From the NCBI GenBank assembly GCA_015075545.1, contig JABTUC010000010.1, positions 1,601 through 65,600 of the forward strand: a DNA stretch of 64,000 nt, read 5' to 3'. A model generated the notes under the pieces. The model saw only the letters and a list, made by a program, of their open reading frames with translations. It was not told the DNA's origin and did not search any database. This DNA is from Ideonella sp. (GTDB lineage: Bacteria; Pseudomonadota; Gammaproteobacteria; Burkholderiales; Burkholderiaceae_C). Positions 55,264-64,000 of the stretch are shown one piece after another (position 1 is the first letter of the stretch; each line of letters starts with the position of its first letter). Position numbers and translations under genes: made by a program.

Positions 55264-56003
55264 AGACTGCGCTCGTCACCGACCTGCACGCCAACCGCGA
55301 GGCCGTCGAGGCAGTGCTGGCGCATGCGCGCGACCAGGGCGTTCAGCAGTGGGCGTTCCTCGGCGACTTCGTCGGCTACGGCGCCGACCCGGCGTGGGTG
55401 GTCGACCTGATCCGCGAGCATGCGGCCGGCGGCTCGGTGGCCGTGCAGGGCAACCACGACCTGGCCACCGTGCTCGGCGCCAACCCGATGATGCGCATCG
55501 AAGCGCGCGCAGTGATCGAGTGGACGCGCGCGCAGCTCGACGAAGCACAGCTCGAATTCCTGCGCGCGCTGCCTTTGAGCCAGCGCCGAGACGACCACCT
55601 CTACGTGCACGCCAACGCCTACGCGCCCGACCAGTGGGACTACCTGATCAACGCCAACCTGGCGCTGCGCAGCATGCTGGCCACCGAGTGCCGCTACACC
55701 TTCTGCGGCCATCTGCACGAGCAACGCCTGTTCCACGCCGGCGCCGCCGGCCGCGCCGGCGAGTACCTGCCCAAGCCCGGCGCACCGATCCTGCTGCGCG
55801 ACGATCGCCAGTGGCTGGTGATCCCCGGCTCGTCGGGCCAGCCGCGCGACGGCAACCCGGCCGCCGCGTACGCGGTGTTCGACCGCGTCGAGAACAGCAT
55901 CACCTACCACCGCGTGCCGTACGACCACGGCACCGCAGCCGACAAGATCCGCGCCGCCGGGCTGCCGCTGCGGCTGGCGGCGCGGCTGCTGACGGGGCAC
56001 TGA
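55260..56003 (+). CDS. metallophosphoesterase family protein (calcineurin-like)
   Basis: GTG 55260 overlaps the preceding stop (GTGA). VTDLHAN...FLGDFVGYGADP...VQGNHD...CGHLH motif series. Confidence 0.8.
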   Translation: MKTALVTDLHANREAVEAVLAHARDQGVQQWAFLGDFVGYGADPAWVVDLIREHAAGGSVAVQGNHDLATVLGANPMMRIEARAVIEWTRAQLDEAQLEFLRALPLSQRRDDHLYVHANAYAPDQWDYLINANLALRSMLATECRYTFCGHLHEQRLFHAGAAGRAGEYLPKPGAPILLRDDRQWLVIPGSSGQPRDGNPAAAYAVFDRVENSITYHRVPYDHGTAADKIRAAGLPLRLAARLLTGH

Positions 56004-56008
56004 TCGAG

Positions 56009-56187
56009 CGCTGAAGAATTGCTGCGCAATTCTTCAGCGAGTCGAGTCAGTGGGGCCTGGCCCGGCGGAGCCGGATCCAGGCCCCAAGTGCGACTGCGCT
56101 GCGTGTTACTGCGCGCAGTCATGAAAGCGGGCGGCACAGCCGCCCGCTCATCGAACCGCTGAGCAATCGCGCAGCGATTTCTCAGCG
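56009..56187. repeat. cluster of five stem-loops bounded by two related 31-nt palindromes (REP/MITE-like or compound terminator)
   Basis: H1 56009-56039: cgctgaagaattgc-tgc-gcaattcttcagcg (14-bp perfect stem). H2 56051-56086: tggggcctgg...ccaggcccca with an inner ccggc-gga-gccgg. H3 56092-56120: gactgcgc...gcgcagtc. H4 56127-56147: gcgggcgg-cacag-ccgcccgc. H5 56157-56187: cgctgagcaatcgc-gca-gcgatttctcagcg (one mismatch). Confidence 0.6.
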
Positions 56188-57801
56188 CTCGCGCAACCGA
56201 AACCGCTGCAGCTTGCCGGTCTCAGTGCGCGGCAGTTCGCTGCGGAACTCGATCGCACGCGGGTACTTGTACGGCGCGATCGTCTGCTTGACGAAATCCT
56301 GCAGCGCCTTGACCAGCGCGTCGTCGCCGCGCTGGCCGGGCTTCGGGACGACGAAGGCCTTGACGATCATGCCGCGCTGCTCGTCGGCGGCGCCGATCAC
56401 CGCGCACTCGGCCACCGCCGGGTGCAGCATCAGCGCGGCTTCGACCTCGGGGCCCGCGATGTTGTAGCCGCCGGTGATGATCATGTCGTCGGTGCGCGCC
56501 TGGAACTCGAACTGGCCGTCGTCGCCGACGCGGTAGGCGTCGCCGGTGAGGTTCCAGCCGTTGCGCACGTACGTGGTCTGCCGCTCGTCGGCCAGGTAGC
56601 GGCAGCCGGTGGGGCCCTTCACCGCGAGGCGGCCGACCTGGCCGCGCGGCACCTCGCGGCCCTGCTCGTCGAGCAGGCACGCCTTGAATCCGGGCACCGG
56701 CACGCCGGTGGCACCGCCGCGCGCCTGGCTCTCGGTGGCCGAGATGAAGATGTGCAGCAGCTCGGTCGAGCCGATGCCGTCGATCATCTCGATGCCGGTG
56801 GTCTCGCGCCACAGCGTGCGCGTGGCCGCCGGCAGCGCCTCGCCGGCCGACACGCACTTGCGCAGGCTCGACAGATCGTGCGCGGCGCCTTGCTGGATCA
56901 GCGCCGCCATCGCGCGGTACGAGGTCGGCGCGGTGAAGCACACGCTGGCGCGCCAGCGCGCGATCGCCGGCAGCAGCGCATCGGGGGTGGCCTTCTCGAG
57001 CAGCACCGTGCTGGCGCCGATCGCCAGCGGGAACAGCAGCAGCCCGCCGAGGCCGAAGGTGAACGCCAGCGGCGGGCTGCCGATGAAGCGGTCGGACGCC
57101 TGCGCGCGCAGCACGTGCCGCGGCCAGCCCGCGCAGGCGGCCATCACGTCGCGGTGGAAGTGCATCGTGCCCTTGGGCTGCCCGGTGGTGCCCGACGTGA
57201 AGGCGATCAGGCAGACGTCGTCGAGCGCGGTATCCACCGCGTCGAAGCGCGGGCTCTTGCTTGCCGCGCGCGCCTCGAGTCCGCCGGCCGAGGTGTCGTG
57301 GAACAGCGCCAATTGACGCAAGGTCGGGCACTGCGGCACTGCGGCTTGCATCTCGTCGACCAGCCGCGCATCGCAAAGCGCGTGCGTGACCTGCGCCTTG
57401 TGCACGATCGTCGTCAGCTCGCGCGCGCGCAGCAGCGGCATGGTGCCCACCGCGATGCCACCGGCCTTGACGACGCCGAACCAGCAGGCCGCCAGCATCG
57501 GCGAATTGGCGCCGCGCAGCAGCACACGGTTGCCGCTGACCAGCCCCATGTCCTCCACCAGCACGCGGGCGATGCGATTGGCCTGCGCCTGCAGATCGGC
57601 GTAGGTCCAGCGCACGCCCTCGCCGAGCACGCACTCGCGTTCGCTGAAGCCGCGCTCGACAGCGCGGTCGAGCAGCTCGACCGCGCAATTCAGACGTGGC
57701 GCGAACTGCAGCTCGGGCAGATCGAACAGGAACTCCGGCCACAGCTCGGGCGGCGGCAGGTTGTCGCGGGCGAAGGTATCGACGTGTCCGCTCGGAATCA
57801 T
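56182..57801 (-). CDS. AMP-binding acyl-CoA ligase, 2-aminobenzoate/benzoate-CoA ligase-like
   Basis: Internal ATG of ORF 56182..57984. MIPSGHVDTFARDNLPPPELWPEF..., AMP motif FTSGTTGQPKGTMH, ...YRVGDDGQFEFQARTDDMIITGGYNI...ELPRTETGKLQRF. Substrate is inferred from N-terminal similarity recalled from memory and from the kyn neighbourhood. Confidence 0.7.
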   Translation of the reverse strand: MIPSGHVDTFARDNLPPPELWPEFLFDLPELQFAPRLNCAVELLDRAVERGFSERECVLGEGVRWTYADLQAQANRIARVLVEDMGLVSGNRVLLRGANSPMLAACWFGVVKAGGIAVGTMPLLRARELTTIVHKAQVTHALCDARLVDEMQAAVPQCPTLRQLALFHDTSAGGLEARAASKSPRFDAVDTALDDVCLIAFTSGTTGQPKGTMHFHRDVMAACAGWPRHVLRAQASDRFIGSPPLAFTFGLGGLLLFPLAIGASTVLLEKATPDALLPAIARWRASVCFTAPTSYRAMAALIQQGAAHDLSSLRKCVSAGEALPAATRTLWRETTGIEMIDGIGSTELLHIFISATESQARGGATGVPVPGFKACLLDEQGREVPRGQVGRLAVKGPTGCRYLADERQTTYVRNGWNLTGDAYRVGDDGQFEFQARTDDMIITGGYNIAGPEVEAALMLHPAVAECAVIGAADEQRGMIVKAFVVPKPGQRGDDALVKALQDFVKQTIAPYKYPRAIEFRSELPRTETGKLQRFRLRER

Positions 57802-57865
57802 GCGCGTCCTCTGGGTGGGTGCGGCAACTGTACCGCCGCCGCGGCGGCCCCGTATCATCGAGCGC

Positions 57866-58501
57866 ATGGCCGACGCGTTGTGGGACATCTCGCCGCCGCT
57901 GCACGAGGGTGCGCCGGTGTTCCCGGGCGACACGCCGTACCGCCAGCGCTGGCAGGCGACGATCGGCGGCGATTGCCCGGTCAACGTCAGCGCGATCGAG
58001 CTGTCGCCGCACGTCGGCGCGCACGCCGATGCGCCGCTGCACTACGACCGCACCGGCGCGGCGGTCGGTACGCTGCCGCTGGCCCCGTACCTGGGCCCGT
58101 GCCGCGTCATCCACGCCATCGGCTGCGGGCCGTTGATCGAGTGGCGCCACCTCGAGCATGCGCTGGCCGATCTGCCGCCGCGCGTGCTGGTGCGCACCTA
58201 CGAGCGCTCGCCGCTCGATCGCTTCGACAGCGCGCTGTCGGCCTACGCCGCCGACACCATCGAGCGGCTGGCGGCGCGCGGCGTCGTGCTGGTGGGCATC
58301 GACACCGCGAGCATCGACCCGGCGGCGAGCAAGTCGCTGCCGAGCCACCAGGCGGTGCGCCGGCTGGGGCTGCGCGTGCTCGAGAACCTGGTGCTCGACG
58401 AGGTTCCCGCGGGCGACTACGAGCTGATCGCGCTGCCGCTGAAGCTGATGCACGCCGACGCATCGCCGGTGCGCGCGGTGCTGCGCTCGCTGTCCAGATG
58501 A
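57866..58501 (+). CDS. kynB: kynurenine formamidase (arylformamidase)
   Basis: Internal ATG of ORF 57761..58501. [21 protein letters not shown]...[14 protein letters not shown]...[11 protein letters not shown] (cyclase family). Confidence 0.85.
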   Translation: MADALWDISPPLHEGAPVFPGDTPYRQRWQATIGGDCPVNVSAIELSPHVGAHADAPLHYDRTGAAVGTLPLAPYLGPCRVIHAIGCGPLIEWRHLEHALADLPPRVLVRTYERSPLDRFDSALSAYAADTIERLAARGVVLVGIDTASIDPAASKSLPSHQAVRRLGLRVLENLVLDEVPAGDYELIALPLKLMHADASPVRAVLRSLSR

Positions 58502-58535
58502 AACCGTCGCCTGTCAACAAACCCCCGGGGCTCCC

Positions 58536-59834
58536 ATGAACGCATCCCGCAATGCCGGTTCGCCGCCGACACGCGAGCAGTTCGCCGCGCTCGACGCGGC
58601 CGACCCTCTGGCGCCGCTGCGCCAGTTGTTCGAGTTGCCGCCTGAAGTGATCTACCTCGACGGCAATTCGCTGGGCGCGCTGCCCAAGGCCGCCGGCGAC
58701 CGCGTGCAGCGCACGCTGCGCGACGAGTGGGGACGCGGCCTGATCACGAGCTGGAACCACGCCGGCTGGATCGATCTGCCGCGGCGCGTGGGCGACAAGA
58801 TCGCGCGGCTCGTCGGCGCCGCACCGGGCGAGCTGCTGGTGGCCGACTCGACGTCGATCAACCTGTTCAAGGTGCTGTGGGCGGCGCTGGCGCTGCAGCG
58901 TCAGGCCGCGCCGCAGCGCCGCACGATCGTCAGCGAGCGCAGCAACTTTCCGACCGACCTCTACATCGCGCAGTCGCTGGCCGCCGCGCACGGCTGCGAG
59001 CTGCGTGCGGTCGACACCGAGCAGATCGCCGCGGCACTCGACGACAGCGTGGCCGTGCTGATGCTCACTCACGTCAACTACCGCACCGGCCGCATGCACG
59101 ACATGGCCGCGCTCACCGCGGCCGCGCACGCCGCCGGCGCGCTGACGGTGTGGGACCTCGCGCATTCGGCCGGCGCCGTGCCGGTGGACCTGAACGGCGC
59201 GCAGGCCGACTTCGCGATCGGCTGCGGCTACAAATACCTCAACGGCGGCCCCGGGGCGCCGGCGTTCGTGTGGGTGCATGCGCGGCACGCCGCGCACTTC
59301 GAGCAGCCGCTCACCGGCTGGATGGGGCACGCGGCGCCGTTCGAGTTCGGTCCGGAGTACCGGCCGGCCGCCGGCATCACGCGCGCGCTGTGCGGCACCC
59401 CGCCGGTGCTGTCGATGGCCGCGCTCGACGCCGGCGTCGACACGGTGCTGGCCGCCGAGCCGTACGGCGGCCTGCGCGCGCTGCGCGAGAAGTCGCTCGC
59501 GCTGACGCGCTGCTTCGCCGATCTGGTCGATGCGCGCTGCGCCGGCGACGGCTTCATCGTGGTGTCGCCGCGCATCGATGCGCAGCGCGGCAGCCAGGTG
59601 TGCCTCGCGCGCGGCGACGGCGCCTACGCGATCGTGCAGGCGCTGATCGCCCGCGGCGTGATCGGCGACTTCCGCGCCGGCGGCCTCGGGCTGCCCGACA
59701 TCCTGCGCTTCGGCTTCACGCCGCTTTACTTGCGGTTCGTCGACGTGTGGGATGCCGTCGAGCACCTGCAGCAGGTGATGCGCAACGAAGAGTGGAAGCA
59801 GCCGCGCTTCAATCAGCGGCACGCGGTGACCTGA
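58536..59834 (+). CDS. kynU: kynureninase
   Basis: 432 aa. [15 protein letters not shown]...[42 protein letters not shown]. Confidence 0.92.
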   Translation: MNASRNAGSPPTREQFAALDAADPLAPLRQLFELPPEVIYLDGNSLGALPKAAGDRVQRTLRDEWGRGLITSWNHAGWIDLPRRVGDKIARLVGAAPGELLVADSTSINLFKVLWAALALQRQAAPQRRTIVSERSNFPTDLYIAQSLAAAHGCELRAVDTEQIAAALDDSVAVLMLTHVNYRTGRMHDMAALTAAAHAAGALTVWDLAHSAGAVPVDLNGAQADFAIGCGYKYLNGGPGAPAFVWVHARHAAHFEQPLTGWMGHAAPFEFGPEYRPAAGITRALCGTPPVLSMAALDAGVDTVLAAEPYGGLRALREKSLALTRCFADLVDARCAGDGFIVVSPRIDAQRGSQVCLARGDGAYAIVQALIARGVIGDFRAGGLGLPDILRFGFTPLYLRFVDVWDAVEHLQQVMRNEEWKQPRFNQRHAVT

Positions 59835-59902
59835 TGCGCAACAGCGCACGCGCCGCTGCGCGGCGCATCGCCCTGCAGCGCGCTGCCACGAAAAGCGCCG
59901 CC

Positions 59903-59908
59903 TAGAAT
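59903..59908 (+). promoter_or_regulatory. candidate -10 element (TAGAAT) upstream of the aminopeptidase P gene
   Basis: gccgccTAGAATcgcg, 40 nt upstream of ATG 59949. Confidence 0.3.
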
Positions 59909-59948
59909 CGCGTCATCGCGGCCGCACGGCCGCCACGGGTGGTGCAGC

Positions 59949-61766
59949 ATGGACAGCCGAATCAGCGTGCAACGCGAGCGCATCGAGCGGGTCCGCGAGG
60001 CGCTGGCGCAGCACGGCGCGCAGGCGCTGCTGGTGCCTTCGGCCGACCCGCATCTGTCGGAGTACCTGCCGGCGCGTTGGCAGGGTCGGCAGTGGCTGTC
60101 GGGCTTCAGCGGATCGATGGGCACGCTGGTGGTCACGCTCGAGCGCGCTGCGCTGTTCGCCGACAGCCGCTACTGGGGCCAGGCCGAACGCGAGCTCGCC
60201 GGCAGCGGCGTCGAGCTGGAGAAGATCCCCAGCGGCAGCTCGACGCTGCACATCGAATGGATCGTGCGCCAGCTGGCCCGCGGCCAGACACTGATGGTCG
60301 ACGGCGAGGTGCTCGGGCTGGCCGCCGCCCACGCCCTGCGAAACGCGCTCGACAAGGCCGGCATCGCGCTGCGCACCGACACCGACCTGCTGGCACAGGC
60401 CTGGCCGCAGCGCCCGGCGATGCCGCTGCGCGCGGTCTACGAACACCTGCCGCCGCAGGCGGTGCAGACGCGCGTGCAGCGCCTGGCCCACGTGCGCGAG
60501 GCCATGGCGCGCCACGGCGCGACGCATCACTTCGTCTCCAGCGTCGACGACATCGCGTGGATCACCAACCTGCGCGGCAGCGACGTCGAATACAACCCGG
60601 TGTTCCTGGCGCACCTGCTGATCGATGGCGAGCGTGCCACGCTGTTCGTCGGCGCCGGCAAGATCGACGCCGCGCTGGCGGCGCGGCTGCATCACGACGG
60701 CATCGTGCTGGCCGACTACGGCGCTGCGCCCGAGGCGCTGCGCACCCTGCCCGCCGCTGCCGTGGTGCTGGTCGACCCGCGCCGCGTCACGCACGGTTTT
60801 CGCCAGCGCGTGCCCGAGAGCGTGCGGGTGGTCGAGGCGATCAATCCGAGCACGCTCGCCAAGAGCCGCAAGAGCGAACCCGAGGCGCAGTTCGTGCGCG
60901 AGGCGATGGCGCGCGACGGCGCCGCGATGTGTGCGTTCTACGCCTGGTTCGAGGCTGCGCTGGCGCGCGGCGAGCGCATCACCGAGCTGACGATCGACGA
61001 GCGGCTGAGCGAGCAGCGCGCCAGGCAGCCGGGCTTCGTCGGCCTGAGCTTCTCGACCATCGCCGGCTTCAATGCCAACGGCGCGCTGCCGCACTACCGT
61101 GCGACGCCGGCGTCGCACGCGACGATCGCCGGCGACGGCCTGCTGCTGATCGACTCGGGCGCGCAGTACGTCGGCGGCACCACCGACATCACGCGCGTGT
61201 GGTCGATCGGCCGCCTCGGCGAGGCGCAGCGGCGCGACTGCACGCGGGTGCTCGAGGCGATGATGACGCTGTCGCGCGCGCGCTTGCCGCGCGGCACGCT
61301 GTCGCCGATGATCGACGCCATCGCGCGCGCGCCGCTGTGGGCGCACGGCCTCGACTACGGCCACGGCACCGGGCACGGTGTGGGCTACTTCCTCAACGTG
61401 CACGAGGGCCCGCAGACCTTCAGCCAGGCGGTGCCCGAGCCGCAGATGGCGCTGCAGCCCGGCATGATCACCTCGATCGAGCCCGGCGTGTACCGGCCCG
61501 GCCAGTGGGGCGTGCGCATCGAGAACCTGGTGCTGACGGTGCCGGTGGACACGCCCGAACACGGCGCCTTCGGCGAGATGCTCGAATTCGAGACGCTGAC
61601 GCTGTGCCCGATCGACACGCGCTGCATCGATGCCTCGCTGCTGCGCGCCGACCAGATCGCCTGGCTCGACCGCTACCACGCCAGCGTGCGCGCTCGCCTG
61701 CTGCCGCTGGTCGACGGCGACGCCCGTGACTGGCTGCTGAAGCGCACCGAGCCGTTGGCCGGTTGA
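59949..61766 (+). CDS. aminopeptidase P family protein (M24B Xaa-Pro aminopeptidase, long form)
   Basis: 605 aa. N-terminal creatinase-like domains, then LLIDSGAQYVGGTTDITR...HGTGHGVGYFLNVHEGP...SIEPG...RIENLV (pita-bread metal ligands). Confidence 0.85.
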   Translation: MDSRISVQRERIERVREALAQHGAQALLVPSADPHLSEYLPARWQGRQWLSGFSGSMGTLVVTLERAALFADSRYWGQAERELAGSGVELEKIPSGSSTLHIEWIVRQLARGQTLMVDGEVLGLAAAHALRNALDKAGIALRTDTDLLAQAWPQRPAMPLRAVYEHLPPQAVQTRVQRLAHVREAMARHGATHHFVSSVDDIAWITNLRGSDVEYNPVFLAHLLIDGERATLFVGAGKIDAALAARLHHDGIVLADYGAAPEALRTLPAAAVVLVDPRRVTHGFRQRVPESVRVVEAINPSTLAKSRKSEPEAQFVREAMARDGAAMCAFYAWFEAALARGERITELTIDERLSEQRARQPGFVGLSFSTIAGFNANGALPHYRATPASHATIAGDGLLLIDSGAQYVGGTTDITRVWSIGRLGEAQRRDCTRVLEAMMTLSRARLPRGTLSPMIDAIARAPLWAHGLDYGHGTGHGVGYFLNVHEGPQTFSQAVPEPQMALQPGMITSIEPGVYRPGQWGVRIENLVLTVPVDTPEHGAFGEMLEFETLTLCPIDTRCIDASLLRADQIAWLDRYHASVRARLLPLVDGDARDWLLKRTEPLAG

Positions 61767-61782
61767 ACGAGCCCGGGGCGAC

Positions 61783-62709
61783 ATGACCAGCGGCGCGCCC
61801 TGCGCCATCGGTGTCGACGTCGGCGGCACCAAGATCGAGGCGATCGTGCTCGACGCCGCGGGCCAGGAGCGCTGGCGCGAGCGCGTCGCCTCGCCGCGCG
61901 GCGACTACGACGCCTCGCTGCAGGCGATCGCCGCGCTGGTGGCGCGGGCCCGCCAGGCCGCCGGCGGCGCGCGGTGCACGATCGGCATCGGCGCACCCGG
62001 CAACGTCACCGCGCGCGGCGTGATGAAGAACGGCAACTCCACGCAGCTCAACGGCCGGCCGCTGCCGCGCGACCTCGAGGCGCTGCTGGGTCAGCCGGTG
62101 CGCCTGACCAACGACGCCAACTGCCTCGCGCTGTCGGAAGCCACCGACGGCGCCGGCGCGGGCGCCGAGGTGGTGTTCGCCGCCATCCTCGGCACCGGCA
62201 CCGGGGCCGGCATCGCGGTGCGCGGCCGCGTGCTCAACGGGCCCAACGGGCTGGCCGGCGAATGGGGCCACAACCCGCTGCCGTGGGCCGACCCCGGCGA
62301 ATTGCAAATCGCTTGCTTCTGCGGCCAGCGCGGCTGCATCGAGACGCTGGTCAGCGGCACCGGCCTGGCGCGCGACCACGCACACGTCAGCGGCGGCACC
62401 TTGCGCGCCGAGGAGGTCGTGGAGCGCGCCGCGCAGGGCGACGCCGCCTGCGAAGCGACGATGCGACGCTGGGAGTCGCGGCTCGCGCGCGCGCTGGCGC
62501 ACGTGATCAACCTGCTCGACCCCGACGTCATCGTGATCGGCGGCGGGCTGTCGCGCGTCGAGCGGCTGTACGCCAACGTGCCGCCGCTGCTGCCGCGCTG
62601 GGTGTTCGCCGGCGGCGTGCGCGACGAGCCGGTGCGCACGCGCATCGTGCCCAGCGCGCACGGCGATTCGTCGGGCGTGCGCGGCGCGGCGTGGTTGTGG
62701 CGCGAGTGA
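61783..62709 (+). CDS. ROK family sugar kinase (NagK/Mak-like)
   Basis: 308 aa. IGVDVGGTKIEA, LTNDANCLALSEA, GTGTGAGI, EWGHNPL, and zinc motif CFCGQRGCIETLVSG. Confidence 0.8.
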   Translation: MTSGAPCAIGVDVGGTKIEAIVLDAAGQERWRERVASPRGDYDASLQAIAALVARARQAAGGARCTIGIGAPGNVTARGVMKNGNSTQLNGRPLPRDLEALLGQPVRLTNDANCLALSEATDGAGAGAEVVFAAILGTGTGAGIAVRGRVLNGPNGLAGEWGHNPLPWADPGELQIACFCGQRGCIETLVSGTGLARDHAHVSGGTLRAEEVVERAAQGDAACEATMRRWESRLARALAHVINLLDPDVIVIGGGLSRVERLYANVPPLLPRWVFAGGVRDEPVRTRIVPSAHGDSSGVRGAAWLWRE

Positions 62710-62870
62710 CCGCGCCGCGAACCGCACCCGGTTGACGCCAGCGGGGCTGGCGCAATCGGCGGCCGCGGAACTCGGCGCCGAGGCGACAATCGAACCCTGC
62801 CTGTCGGCATCGAACACGGCCGGCTCGTCCGATGCCGCTGGCGCGCGCTCGACGGCCACCGCACCGAAAC

Positions 62871-64000
62871 ATGCAGTGGTCGCACGAGTGGCTCAACAGC
62901 CTGGTCTGGATCGCGAAGGCGTCGCTGGTCTCGGCCGTCGGCCTGGCGATCGTCACCGCCGCGCTCAGCCACTTCACGCGCTGGGGCCGCCAGTTCAGGC
63001 AACTCGCCTGGCCCTACCTGACGCCGCGGCGCAGCTGGCGGCCGCTCGCCACGGTGGCCGCGATCCTGGTGCTGGCGATCGCCGGGGTGCGCATGAACGT
63101 GTTGTTCTCGTTCTGGAACAACGGCTTCTTCGACAGCATGCAGGCGCTCGATGCGAACCGCTTCTGGTTCTTCATGCGGCTGTTCGCGCTGCTGGCGACG
63201 ATCCACGTCGTGCGCGTGCTGGTGGCGTACCTGGTCGCGCAGGCGTTCGAGATCCACTGGCGCACCTGGATGAACGACCGCCTGATGGACGACTGGCTGG
63301 CCGGCAGCGCGTACTACCGCACCGCCTTCGTCGCCGCCGCGGGCGACAACCCCGACCAGCGCATCCAGGTCGACATCACCAGCTTCGTCGGCACGTCGCG
63401 CGCGCTGGCGATGGGCGCGGTCGACGCGGCGGTGACGCTGGTGTCGTTCAGCGCCATCCTGTGGGCCCTGTCGGGGCCACTGTCGATCGGCAGCTACGAG
63501 CTGCCGCGGGCGATGGTGTTCATCGTCTACCTCTACGTGATCGTCGCCAGCGTGATCGCGTTCCGGCTCGGCCGGCCGCTGATCCGGCTCAACTTCATGA
63601 ACGAGAAGCTCAGCGCCGACTTCCGCTACGCGCTGATCCGGGTGCGCGAGTACGCCGAGAACATCGCCTTCTACCGCGGCGAAGGCGTCGAGCGCCGCGG
63701 TCTGGCGCAGCGCTTCGCCTCGCTGATCTCCAACCTGTGGGCGATCGTCTTTCGCAGCATGAAGTTCGACGGCTTCAACTTCGCGATCAACCAGATGGCG
63801 GTGGTGTTCCCGACGCTGCTGCAGGCGCAGCGCTTCTTCAGCGGCGCGATCAAGCTCGGCGACGTCACCCAGACCAGCCAGGCGTTCGATCAGGTGCAGA
63901 GCGCGCTGTCGTTCTTCCGCCTGTCGTACGACAGCTTCGCGCAGTACCGCGCGGTGCTCGACCGCCTGACCGGCTTCGTCGCCGCCAACGACGCGGCGCG
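62871..64000 (+). CDS. ABC transporter permease/ATPase, SbmA/BacA-type membrane domain (YddA-like); 5' part only, runs off the right edge
   Basis: ATG 62871 opens a frame to the window end (not in the track because there is no stop). MQWSHEWLNSLVWIAK...FWNNGFFDSMQALD...DNPDQRIQVDITSFV...NEKLSADFRYALIRVREYAENIAFYRGE. Confidence 0.75.
   Translation, partial: MQWSHEWLNSLVWIAKASLVSAVGLAIVTAALSHFTRWGRQFRQLAWPYLTPRRSWRPLATVAAILVLAIAGVRMNVLFSFWNNGFFDSMQALDANRFWFFMRLFALLATIHVVRVLVAYLVAQAFEIHWRTWMNDRLMDDWLAGSAYYRTAFVAAAGDNPDQRIQVDITSFVGTSRALAMGAVDAAVTLVSFSAILWALSGPLSIGSYELPRAMVFIVYLYVIVASVIAFRLGRPLIRLNFMNEKLSADFRYALIRVREYAENIAFYRGEGVERRGLAQRFASLISNLWAIVFRSMKFDGFNFAINQMAVVFPTLLQAQRFFSGAIKLGDVTQTSQAFDQVQSALSFFRLSYDSFAQYRAVLDRLTGFVAANDAA

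Noticed and set aside
62710-62870. Possible cobalamin riboswitch in the 161-nt leader of the SbmA/BacA-type ABC transporter gene.
   Set aside because: I could not find the conserved B12-box or the GGTGAAA/GCCACTG-type core elements by eye. A covariance-model scan would be needed to exclude it formally.

Overview
This is a very GC-rich chromosomal segment; third codon positions are almost all G/C, judged by eye and not computed. Gene content and order look like core betaproteobacterial (Burkholderiales-type) housekeeping DNA. That taxonomic call is an inference from protein motifs and the tmRNA tag ANDERFALAA; no search was run.

I can support about 66 protein genes and one tmRNA:
- Left part: icd (partial), cysQ, aat-bpt, and a Tat-dependent GMC oxidoreductase pair.
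- ssrA region: ssrA, gph-ubiG, and an OmpA-family gene.
- Central block: gyrA, pheA-tyrA, an aroA-cmk fusion, then rpsA-ihfB-lapA-lapB.
- LPS core locus: waaC, a DUF4254-like gene, a GT9 and a GT4 glycosyltransferase, and an O-antigen ligase.
- Further right: dnaE, the rpsP-rimM-trmD-rplS operon, a pit gene with its DUF47 partner, and the hda/HAD/pcnB/folK/dNK block.
- Right part: murJ, rpsT, argD-argF, kynB-kynU, pepP, a ROK kinase and a partial ABC transporter.

By eye I found no rRNA, tRNA, CRISPR array, transposase, integrase or recognisable defence/toxin module. I do not see a clear novel multi-gene system. The window is mostly ordinary core genome, and all findings carry modest scores.

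The observations most worth a second look are:
- an OmpA-family gene split into two frames inside its Pro/Ala linker, next to an alternating GC run;
- an orphan AdoMetDC-like pyruvoyl proenzyme coupled to a metallophosphoesterase directly behind argD-argF;
- a 179-bp convergent spacer made of five stem-loops and bounded by two related 31-nt palindromes;
- -10-like hexamers only 9-11 nt upstream of the lapA and murJ start codons, including a 13-mer that occurs twice.

Start codons were chosen by motif, ribosome-binding site and overlap logic, so they are approximate. Many long Arg/Ala/Gly-rich ORFs in the track are antisense shadows typical of high-GC DNA.
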